Origin: Phoronis australis
Taxonomy: Eukaryota > Animalia > Phoronida
Direction of reading: 5' to 3'
DNA: 64,000 bases
NCBI GenBank assembly: GCA_002633005.1
Contig: NMRA01000026.1
Location: 490,434-554,433 of the forward strand
The notes below the pieces were generated by a model. It worked only from the letters and a program-made list of their open reading frames with translations. It did no database searches and was not told the DNA's origin. Positions 42,201 through 54,200 of the stretch are shown here, piece after piece (the stretch's first letter is position 1; the number at the start of each line of letters is the position of its first letter). Made by a program: the position numbers and the translations under genes.

Positions 42201-45200
42201 TGCCGGCATTTTCATTGTGCTAAACTTTTGGCGTGCTGTGTGTTCTTGGATTCTCAAACATTGATCGTGGAAAAGTTAAATCAGTGTCCCCAGAAAAGTT
42301 CGAAACATTGGAAATCAAACATATCAAACAATTAAAAACCAATGGTGAGTAGCAAACACAAGGATTCAGCAATTTTAAAGTGGCACAGCCAACCTTCTTT
42401 CGAAAGAATGGACTCGGCCACTTACCAGATGTAAAACTTAGTTTCGTATGGAAGTGATTTCTGGGTTTGGATAGTTTGTTTGTGCTGGAAATCGCTATTG
42501 GCACTTGAAATGACCAGGCAGGCACATGAAATGACCAGGCGTGTCGTGCCTTCTTGTTGAGCCTTGAGTGAGACAAGCTGTCCGTTCAGTCCATCTCAAG
42601 CCCAGAAATATGTCTAATCTGAGTGAAGAATACATCCAAGATTGGAAAGAGTTTTATTGGAGTCAAGGTTATTTAGGACCATATTGACTAGTTTGAATAT
42701 TAAGCCAAATATCTACTGCAAAACTATAGATGTTATTTTCTGAAAGTGGAATTTGATTTTGGCTTTTTATCATTCTGCCATTAATTGGGTCCACTCACGT
42801 GACCATGTCTTTTTTTGAAAAAATTAGCAAAAAAGGAAACTAAGGTACATTGATAGCAGAAGTGTGGAATCATTGTCATGATCATTATCATTACCGTGAT
42901 CAAATTTTGTTTAATATCAATGTTCAAGATGAAATCTAAAATATGCTGTTACCGTTTTCTCAGTAAATTGTCATTTCCTTTTCATTTGTTTGCAACTTTT
43001 GCATAATAAAAGTTCCGTTTTTTTGTTAGCCCATCATACAGAAGTGGAACATTTCGAAAACAATAGTTAACAACAGCATTTTGAAGAACAATGCATAAGG
43101 CATAGTATCTGAAAGTTTCATATGATTGCGATCACCTGTCTCCGGGATAAGATGTTCCGAAGTTGGCCAAATTTGGACATTTTTCTAGGGTCCTACATAA
43201 CCTTTAACAGGGTCCTGCTTAGGAAAAACAAACACGACCCAAGCAGTGTGTCTGGTTTCCCTGCTGTAATCTTCCTTGATTGCACTTCATGCAAACACTC
43301 ATCATATTTGCATTATTTGCAATCATTGTTCACCTAACCAGCTTTTATCAGTAAGAAATAATACAAAGCAGCTGAGCTTAAGCTGGGCTTAAGATTTTTT
43401 AACGCTGGTCAAGGTTTTTGTAACTTGGCTCTTGGCGTCTAAACGTCCCTCAGTGTTTTTCAAACACTGAGCGCTGTTCCATGTTTGAATTTATGTTGGG
43501 AGAACACTGTTATGTAAAGTTGAAGACGCATTAAACACTCCTTTTACCAAAAATGATCTGATTTGGGTCGCTTAAGTGTTTAAAAAAGATGGCCTTCAGG
43601 CCAGATCAACACAAGAAACGTATAACAAGCACTTTAGCGAACGATGTACACTATATAGAGATGTAGTTCAGACATTTCATTTGTTAATCCAAAACATAGT
43701 CAGTGGGAAACTACTCATCTAAAGGGTTCAGTGACGATGTTTTGAGTTAACAAATGTCTTGATTCTATATATAGTGTTGTAAATATAACATTGATAACCA
43801 AAGCGCTTGTTATTGGATTTGGTGTGTTATAAAATCAATCTCTCCTTGTTCTTTACTCAGATAAGAAATAATTTCTCAACTTAAGATGCACTAATAAGTC
43901 CTGATGGCTGCTTAACATCCATGCCCATTTAGTTGTTTGTCACGGTGGGTTAGGTTCAGTCGCCAAGGCAAAATTTTGTCGTCCTGTAGAATTCCTGGCA
44001 GGCAATTGGTAATGACGTGGTTGGTGGGTGCTCACACTCCTTCGTTGTCAAGCGTGTCTTTTGGCTAGTTACAGATTCATTCACTGCCAAATGTGCCGAA
44101 CTGCCAGTTGGGTGCTTGCCCATTTTTGGCCTAGTTAATCCTGCAGTCCATGGGAGGTAACTACAGTTTAACAACAGGTGACAGGACGACAGTTGTGCCC
44201 AATCCTGAATGAAAGGAATGTCTTTTAAAAGAAATTTTTGTTAATGATTGCCTACCTGTGGAATTGCAGTTCATTCAATGACCTCTTAACTGTCCATCGT
44301 CGAGGTTTAATTGACTTAAATTCTGCACGATTCTGAGTTTGAACTTTGTGAGGCGATGTATGTCCCGGAGGGAGTGGTGTAGTGTTGTTCTCCTGACATC
44401 TTGAATACTCGACCAAATACCCTCCTCGGCAGATGATGCCATAATTTTGAAATATCGTACATTTCGGGTGCATCATGCCCAGAATTTGGCCTGAACGTTT
44501 TGTAACAATTCACTGACAAGTATAAATTTCACTGAATTTTTGTGATTGCATCTTATGTTCTACGTATCCTCAAAATTTATTGGACACTTGAAAGTGTAGT
44601 GCTAAAGAAAAACTTGGCAGAGTTGGTTATATTTGTGCAACCAACATTTTGAAGTGCGACTCATTTGAATATATCCTTCCCTGTTCTCCATATTTGATGT
44701 GATCTGACTTTAGCCTGAAGCTTCATATAAAACAGCAATGAGTTATTCTTACTACAGCATTTGTCCATTAGAGCCTCGTAAAGACGGTCATTGCACGCAC
44801 TTGAAACTGTCTGTCCAAATATGTTGGTGCTGCCACACTGTGTTGTAATTTGATAACCGTTTATCTCACCATAAGATTGACGAAAACATTTTGAGACTTC
44901 AAGGCATGTACATCTGAGAATCTGTTGGCTTCTGTTTTATGACTCGGATATAAATCAGTCTATGGATGGCTTAGTCTCACAAAATCAGGCTAAGGCTGAA
45001 AGTCAGAAAATCTGTCTACAACAGAAAGTCAAAAGGCAGAATTTTGTAGCTGCTTTATTAGACAGAAATTTATACTTTGAGAAACGTTTAAGATAAAAAC
45101 AGTATACATTTGGCTATTTGTAACCAGATTTGTGACTTTTAGCTAAAGTCAAGATACAGAAGCCAGTCGACTCCTTAAGAAGCAGCTCCTGAAGCACTGC

Positions 45201-48200
45201 CTTTGAAAAATGTTAGCAAATGATTCATGATACTTAATTGAAGAAATTGGCCACTCATGTTACTGTATTACCAATTTTTTGTATCGTCCTGAGTTCTATT
45301 AATAAGCTAAACACGATGGCTCTCTTGGAAAATGGTGACGAAGTGCATACTCTCGTTTAAAAATTAGCAAACAGGAAAGAGTAAAACAAACCTAATTATT
45401 GAATCATTTCTTCCCAGTATGCCGTAGCCCCAGAAGGTCGTTTATGATCGACACACCAGCCGCGGCGAAGGATCTGGAAGGATGTTCCGTGGTGCATGGC
45501 GACATAACCATCACCATCAACTCTGGAGGTAATTAATGACCGGTGATTTAGATCTAATGAACAAACTCTAGTTAGCACTTACAGTTTTCTACCCAACAGA
45601 AAATTCTAAGTCAAAACAATTTACAAAATGTGTGTACTTGTTCGAAGGTATTTCTAAACTGGGAGGTTTATCTTGAGGTTGTTTAGGCCCATATCAACAG
45701 GTCTGTCTGTTTAGGCCCATATCAACAGGTCTGTGTGTTTAGGCCCATATCAACAGGTCTGTGTGTTTAGGCCCATATCAACAGGTCTGGGTGTTTAGCC
45801 AAGTGTGTACAAAATTATTGATATTAAATCGGCAAAAGCAGATGTTTTTTGATGGAAGGAAGTCTGTAGAATTTGATTTTTGACCTTATACCCATCTGTC
45901 GTTGATTAGGTCACATGGCCATGGTCTCTTAGGAAAATTTTGGGAAAAGGATATGTACATTGATCATAACAAAACAGCGAGATCAATAACGTGACCAAAT
46001 TTTGTATGAAAAAATTTCAAGACAAAACCTCAAAAACTCTGTTACAGTTCCCTGAATTATCACTTTGTTTTTTTTCATGCAATTTTAACCATTTTCCATT
46101 AATATCATATATTAGTCTTTTTCGATAGCCCCCCCACGCAGAAGTGGAACGTTTTAAAAACATTATTCTTAACAGTGTGTAAAGCAAAATATTTGAAAGT
46201 TTCTGAGATATGACGTTCTGAAGTTGAACAAAGTCGGACATTTTTTAAGAGTCCTATGTAGCCTTAAGTCTTGCAAAAATTGGATTGAGCTGGTGTCGTC
46301 GCTTAAGAAATGATTAATAGATTTTCAACCTCGGCACATGTAAGTGAAACACGGAGGGATTCAAACTTGTTTGCTGCGATGATTCAGAGCATGCTTTTCT
46401 AGTTAGGTTTACGTAGGACCCTATAACAATGTCCAAATTTGGCCAGCTTCGGAACGTCCTATCTCAGAAATGGCCGACTGGATTCATATGAAGTTTTCAG
46501 TTATAATGCTTCATGCTGTTTGGGATTGTTTGTAAATTGTTCTAATTTTTATGCGCCCACACATTTATATGTGGTCGTGTATTGCCATCATCTCTGTCCG
46601 GGCGTCCGCAGCTGTATCTCCTAAGCCCCTCACAGGATCTTGATGAGATTTGGCAGATGTGTGTTTATGAAACTGGCAACTGATGACGACGAATTTTGGA
46701 CCTCTCCGACTACCGGTGTGCCCCCTAGTGGCAATTTTAATTTTTTGCGCTTACCTCTGTATCTTAGGAAGTCCTCCTGGTATTTTCATAAAATTTGGAA
46801 TATAAGCGTCTGTTAGTGAGATGATGTTATGCTGTCGTTTTCCGATGGATTCGATGCAGTTTGCGCCACGTAGTGGCCATTTTTACTGTTTTAAGTCTGT
46901 TTTTTGGCATCCGTCCTGATATCAACCAAACCACTCAAAGAATGATTGGGAAAATTGACATGAATGTTCTTACTATGAAGAGGATGGCTGACGATGATTT
47001 TCCGGTGACTTTGACTACTGTGGCACCTCCTATTGGCACTTTTGTTTTGCGCCTATGGCTGTATCTCCTGAACAGTTTGCATGATTGTTACTAAGTTTAG
47101 CAAGTGTATTTATAGGATGTTAACAAAGACGCCGCCTAGTGGCAGTTTTGTGTGTGTCTGCCTAGTGGCAGTTTTGTGTGTGTCTTTTGTGTGCCCATGG
47201 CTGCGTCTCCTAAACCGTTTGCAGGATTTTTACTAAATTTAGCAAGTGCATTTATATGATGTTAACAACGGACGACAACGATGACTTTTGCACAGATTTT
47301 TTCACCAGTGTGCCCCCTAGTGGCAAGTTTAGTTTTATACGTTTATTTCTGTATTTTCAAAGGTCCTCAGTGGAGTTTCATAAATTTGGAATATAGGCCT
47401 CTGTTGGAGAAGTGACACCATCCTACCATTTTCAGATAAATTCGAGGTATTTTGCGCCACCTAATGCTCATTTTTACTGTTTTTGAGTCTTTTTTGGCGT
47501 CCACCCATCTATCAACCAAATCATTCGAAGGATGATTTTGAAAATTAGCGTATCATGTTCTCAGTGTGAAGAGGACAGTTGAGGATAACGACATCGACTA
47601 CTGTGGCGCCTCCTAGTAGCGGTTTTGTTTTGTTTTGCACTTTGCACCCATAGCTGTATCTCCTGAACCCACTGCCGAATCTTTATTAAATTTAGTAAGT
47701 GTATTATAGGAAGCTAATTATAGATGACAACTTTCAGGCGGACGCTGAGCCCCCTAGTGGCAGTTTCATTTTTTTCTGTTTTATTTTGTTTCTCTGAAGT
47801 TCTTTGTCAGATTTTTATGAAATTTAGTATATAACTTTCTACTAAAGAAGTGATGGCATGTTCCATTTGCAGATGGATTGAACGTTTTGCACCATCTAGT
47901 GGTCATTTTTATGATACAAATAAACAACTCTAGAAGCGCACCGTTTGCGGTGCATTCGTGGGCGCATTTCAACGCTCTGCATTGCTCTTGTTTACGATTG
48001 CTATCAAATAAACTCAAACTTTGCATAGAACGAAAATAAACTGGTCTAGAAAACTGTAACAGCGTTTTTTCTTGAACTTTTATGTCAAATGAAATTTGTA
48101 CAAGGCATGTTTTTGATATCGCCGTTTTCCTTTGATTGTACCTTTCTTTTTTGTTAAAGTTTACTAAAAAAAAACGATCGCAACGTCATGCATGACCCTA

Positions 48201-51200
48201 CTGGTGGTGTTGTTGGTGGAATATTGACTTAGGGATCTAGTTTCGTTCCTCAAATTTCAGAACGCATAACTCAAGAACTGGAGCAGTCTCTGGGCAATAT
48301 TGAGGAAGTTCACGGACAGATTAAAGTCATTTCAGCGAACGCACTTACATCTCTCAGCTTCTTCAAGAAGTTGCGACGAATAAAAGGCGCTAAAGACAAG
48401 AAGTATGGTTATATTAAACACGCTTGCATAAATGCCATGAAGGGTTATTTTTAAGAATTCTTGATATAATTGTGCTTCAAAGCCTATTGACAGGTATTTG
48501 TTATGGCTGTATCTCTTATGCCTGCATTTGTCCAAGTTTAGCTTTGCTTAAACGGGAAAATTGAATTAGCCCATTTCTGTCACCATTTTTCCTTACCACG
48601 ATAGGACTTGTTTTCTATTACAAGTAAGAATGTGGATACCCTGCGTCGGAAAATTGTCGGTTTTATGGGTTGAATAATCCTGAAGTTTGAAAATGGTGCT
48701 CAGGGAATTCATAAAAAAAAACGGATCAGTCACGTGACACAGCCGTGACCTTGTCATGAGCAAACAAGACTTCCCCTCTGAGCTGTGACATTTTGCTCTA
48801 GTGACCAGATTAATTCTGTAAGTTAGGTAGATGGCATGAGGTGGACAGTGGAAAATCCCTAACAACAGATTTTCTGTTGCTCTGGCTCGCGTGCATTGTT
48901 TAAAACTCTACTTACCGATTCATTCGACACTCTTTGGTTAAGAATTCAAAATTGCAGTTAAATATGACAAAATGCACCTTTAAATCTTGTTATCCTTATC
49001 AACCCTCAATAGTTGTAAATATGTTTGAAAACTCCTTTCACAGTCTGATGATATGGCCAGCGTGACTAATGCTTCAGACGCCCTCTAAAACCATAGCAGC
49101 CATTGTGTGACCCAATTCTAGCTTAATATTGCTTTTATGACTCGGAGGAAGCCCCGTTTGTACAATAGCAGATGACAAAACCCGTTTTGAGGGAAACCAA
49201 CGAAATAGGATTACGTATCGTTTTAAAACTGATGACTTGTGTATCACCATACGTTCACCTGTGCTATTTTATTTATATTCATCTATTAACTGTCTTGTGT
49301 CATGCCTTGGTAAAGAGAGCACCGCTCGAAACGCGGGGAATATTTTAATATATTTTAGTACCGACGCTCGTCATTTTACTTTTACTACACCAGCATTATA
49401 AAATTGGCATTGTCTTGTTTCGTGGTAAGTTTAGAAGTATTTCTGTGCTCGACGAGAACTGACAGTTTTTTACTTTTTCATATTAATCTCATAAAATTTC
49501 ATGTCTAGTCGTGACCTGAAATTTTGTGAGCTTGGTCTTAAGACGTAAACAATGAATTGTCAACTCTTTCCAAGCACAGAAATCGCTTCCATTTTGACCA
49601 AGGAACAATTTTTGTGGCCAAAAGCTGGTTTAAAGCCCGGGTATCTCTAAACTTTCAGGCTACTTGTAGGTTCTGGTTTTTTTATGCTAAAAGTAATCCA
49701 TCTGTCAACTCAGTGGGAATATTCTAGTTCCACACCTCAACATTAGATAATGTTTAAAGGCATTCAAAAGCTATTAAAAGAAGCCTGAACTACATGTTTA
49801 AGCATTTTCATATGAATTTTGAAAGTATAAAGGTTGGTTACTGGCATCCACATATTCCTAAATTGTGCACAGTATTTTTTTACTTTGAAAAGTGAAAAAT
49901 TTATTAGTTCTGTAAAGCCCCACTGCAAGCGCTGTTTTTCGTGACGCCACTTAGGCTGTAGAGCACAAAGAGATATAGGTCATTAGCCGTGTGAGTACGT
50001 ATTCCAGACGACAGATCAACATGTGCATACTCACAACCTTTTTTCTTACCTGTGACTTTGATTCATCCCAGGGCCTAGCCATCCAGCTAGCTGCATGAAG
50101 ACTATCTTCAAAATACAACTAGGTATCAGTAGCACTGTGTGTTGAGCTCCGTTAGACTCCAAAATTTCACATAGCCCGGGTAGTTCTGCTTGTCACCTCG
50201 TCGCCAAACTTATATCAACATGCAGAGCTCTAAGCCGGCAGGGAGCGTGCAAATATCTGGGTGTCAACCGACACTCACCTTGCCCGCTGGAGCCATTTAA
50301 GTGAGAAACAATCTAGTAAACCTTTTATTTCATAATTCTCAGCCTTTTGTAACAAAGAAAACAATACGCTAAATACACGCTATTTCCCAAAATTTTGCAA
50401 CATCTGTCGGGAAATGATGACAGTTTCGCAGGAGTAAAAATTTTTTATGAAATTTGGTTTCCTGGTATTAAAATACTAAAAACTGGTAAGGAAATGGAAT
50501 CAGCTCTAGTAATTTGTTGTGACATGTACACAACTTCGTAGAACAGTTCAATCGCTTGGAAAAAGAACAAGTAAGGGAATGAAACTGGCCAATAAGGCAA
50601 CAGGGGACGGCGCCGAAAGCCGACCTTAAAGAGTGCACCCAAATTTTAGCAGCAGAGTGATCGGCAGAACGCCAGTTTTTTCAACAATTTTTCAATAATT
50701 AAGTTTACTCAAGGAAGAGAGTAATTTTTAATGACACTAATTTTGTGCCAGATTTTATTTGATCAGTTTTTATCCACGCCGGTGCAACGGCCGCTGTATT
50801 TAACTATACAGCTTGCACCAAGGCAAAGCTACGCAGTCAGGGCCCTTTCCTGGCCTGTGACAAGAACGGCATCGTTCCACAAATAGTCAACGCTACACGG
50901 CAGTAAACTTGTATTATGAACTTTTGAGAGCCGAGATCGCAGACGAATTCTACACATTAAGTACAGTTCTATAGTCAAGAGGCATTCACCCAATGAGCTA
51001 TATACATAATAAGCTTGATTTATCTTATTGCCTTCACCCGGCCACCGACGGTACAGACTCAGTGACGTCAGACGCGCGTTAGCCAATAGGAATTAACATT
51101 GGAGAAACGCTTTTTTACAAAAATGTGAAAGAGTAACAAAGATGTGATTTCTGATATAGACTTTATTCATCAATTAAATTACATTAAAAATGCATGTTAT

Positions 51201-54200
51201 TGTACTTCAGGAACCTTTTAAATTGAGGATACAGTATAATTCTCATTATTACCCGCATTATTGCTTCACTCGGACAAAGTCACGGGTATGGGTGTTCTAG
51301 TACCTGAAATTCAGCCCTTTCGCTACGCCGTTTTTTGCTTAAATCTGATAAAATCTCTTGATTTAGTTGAAGCCAACCTTTAGAATTTGGCTATGGTGTT
51401 CAATTTTGATGCAAAAATGTCTATTTTTGTTTTTAGGTATGCCTTGTTCCTCCTGGGCAACAAAAACCTAGAACAAATTTGGAGCCTTGATAGCCATCCT
51501 CGGCTGTCCATCGAGAATGGCCTTATGTTCATACAGTACAATCGCAAGCTATGTTGGGGAACGATAGTCGCGTTCTTCTCTCATACTGACATCGATCAGA
51601 TACCGAACGCAAAATATATGAACAATGACACAAATGGCGACCTGGGAACATGTAAGTTACCTGATAATTCTGTAATGTAAGAGTGTTGCAAGACTCCTGC
51701 GGCTAGAAATTTTCACTTGTGCAGCCTAAACCGTAGTTTTCCCACAAATCAACATTTTCACCTTGACAAACAATTCCTTCGCTAGTCTACTCTTGAAAGG
51801 TCGTGAACTTGTTCTCAAAGCACTGGTCATTCACTCCAAGATTTTAAGTGGTCCAATGTGACCTCATTTTTGCCCACACAAATCTTGTTCAACATAGCAC
51901 AACCCTATCTTAGCATTGATGTGTTTACAATGTTTACTGTTACCTAGAATTCATGGGACTAACTCTTTTCTCTCTATTTTACTGATGTTTAACATGATTC
52001 ATACAGGTCCATGTTCTCATGTTACCCTACCAAGTTGCTTATTATATTTCACATCCGTTGTTCATCACGGTGCTCTTTCGTCGTTCCTAATTTACATATT
52101 AATACGTAATTTTTTTCAGACTTATGTTCATTAGATCAAGTGATGCGGCCAACATGTGGCGTGGAGACCAGACTTAGAATATTTGTGTTCCTAATTTATG
52201 TTGTTCATGTTACGTCACCATGTTGTTCATTACTTTTTTCTTTCACTGTTCATCACAGTGCACCGCTGTTGTTTTGCGTGACTGTATCTAAGTGGCTTTC
52301 ATTTTCATGGTAGAATTTGAAAATACATTATTGCTCGATATCAAATCATAGGTTGATGAGAATTTACCTTACTTTACCGGTGATCATTGTGTTTCTCCCG
52401 TCAGGCTCCTTCACACATTTGAAATTGTCCCTGGAACACATTTGGTATGCAGATGCCATTATAAAATGGACCACATTCAAACCATCCGGCGATGAGAGGA
52501 AATTTATTTCATATCTCATTTACTACACCAAGGCGTAAGTTACTTAAAAGGATACCGAACCTGGTTTTAGCTCATTAGCAAACCCGACTTTCCTGCCCAA
52601 TTCTCTGAATCGAAATATTGCCCTGTAACCCATAACAACCCTCAGAAGTTAAGAGGAAAATTTTAAAATTCTTTTCAAAGTCTGCGAAACGGGTACGTAT
52701 GACCTACGCTTTTAGCAAATTATGTTGCAAGAGTGGAAAAGGCCCCCCCCCCCCAAGGACTAATGTCCAATTTGTGATATAGGAGAGATGAGTTTTTAGT
52801 TGATTCCTGCTTTTATCTTTCAAGATTGGCTGCAATGATGCATTAGCAAGTGACACAATGAGGATTGTTTGAAATCGTCAAAACCGGGTTTAGTAACCTT
52901 TTAAAAGTATACTAAATCCTGTTATGATTTCAACCAGTCCTCATTCTGTAACCTGCTAAAGCATCATTGGCCTTCCACTTTAGTGTTAAAAGCAGATTCA
53001 ATTAAAGAACCATACTCTTTGTGTAACAGGTTGGATATTATGGTTCTTGGTGGGTGGTCTTTCCCACAGCTGTTATGAAACTCCAGCTAGGTCATGTTTG
53101 TGGTTCAGCAGACTTTGTAAGGAATTTTCAAACATTACTTTAAACATTTGAGAGTTGTCTGGGGTTACAGAGCGTTATTTTGTTTAGGAGAAGTAGAGTT
53201 CAAGGTCATTTGTAATATCTGTTGAGAGGTAAAAATCCTGTTTGCTATCATTTTCAGCTGCTACTGTATGTTTGTGTGCATGAACTACATTTTTTATGAT
53301 ACTAGACAAAAGTAATATGTTTTTTTTATGTCATGACTGATTTTGTTTAGGATTACTCCAGCAAAATCCCTATGGGAGAGGGGATGGCAGTTCAAATAAA
53401 AATTTATGGGTGGTGGTCTTCAGAAGAAAACTAAAACTAAAACTATGGGTGGTCATTTTTGTTAAAAGTAAAGCATTAAAACTGGGTGGTATTTCTTGAC
53501 CTGTAAATGTTGACAGGTTGGTATTTTCAGACATCTCAAAAGAAGTCAAAACTCACCAAAATTCACTTGTCAAATACCCAAACACATCCCAAATCAAAAA
53601 TCAAGCTCATGTTGCCAGTGTACAAAGTGCATTATGAACACTAAGCCATTAATCAAGTCATGGGAAACTTGATTTCAAGCACTTAATTATTGTATTGCAG
53701 CCGTATTAGAATGAAAATTACTGTAACAACAAACTGGTGTTAACACGTGATAAGAAAACTGATGATTTTTAAATAAAAAGTATGAGGAGTCAGGTAGACA
53801 AGTTCCAATATTCACTTGACATAGCAGTCTAAAAGCGTGGAGACAGTTTGAGATTCATAGATCCATGAAATTGAAAAAATCTTATTGAAATTACAGAGAC
53901 GCATTGTGGACAGAGACACCTGGTGGCTGCCAAAAGTATTGCTGTCAGGTTTCTTTGAAAACAAAGTTTCTGGTAACTGACATTAGTTGTGATCTCACAT
54001 GGAATTTTTCTGCGCCCAAAAAACTTTGTAGGCGGTCTGTCTGTCATCATTTCTTGTCCATCAATTATCTCAAATTTCACTTAGCGGATCACGATGAAAT
54101 TTAGTGTAGAGGTACTTGGCGTGGATGCCCCAGCACTAGTGGATTTTCGGGTGGATTTGGCTGCCTTGGTACCCCACGTTGGCAGCTTTAGTTTTCGACA

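Noticed and set aside
50626-51221. Another TTAA-bounded element
   Set aside because: The ends are not convincingly inverted and there is no second copy in the window.
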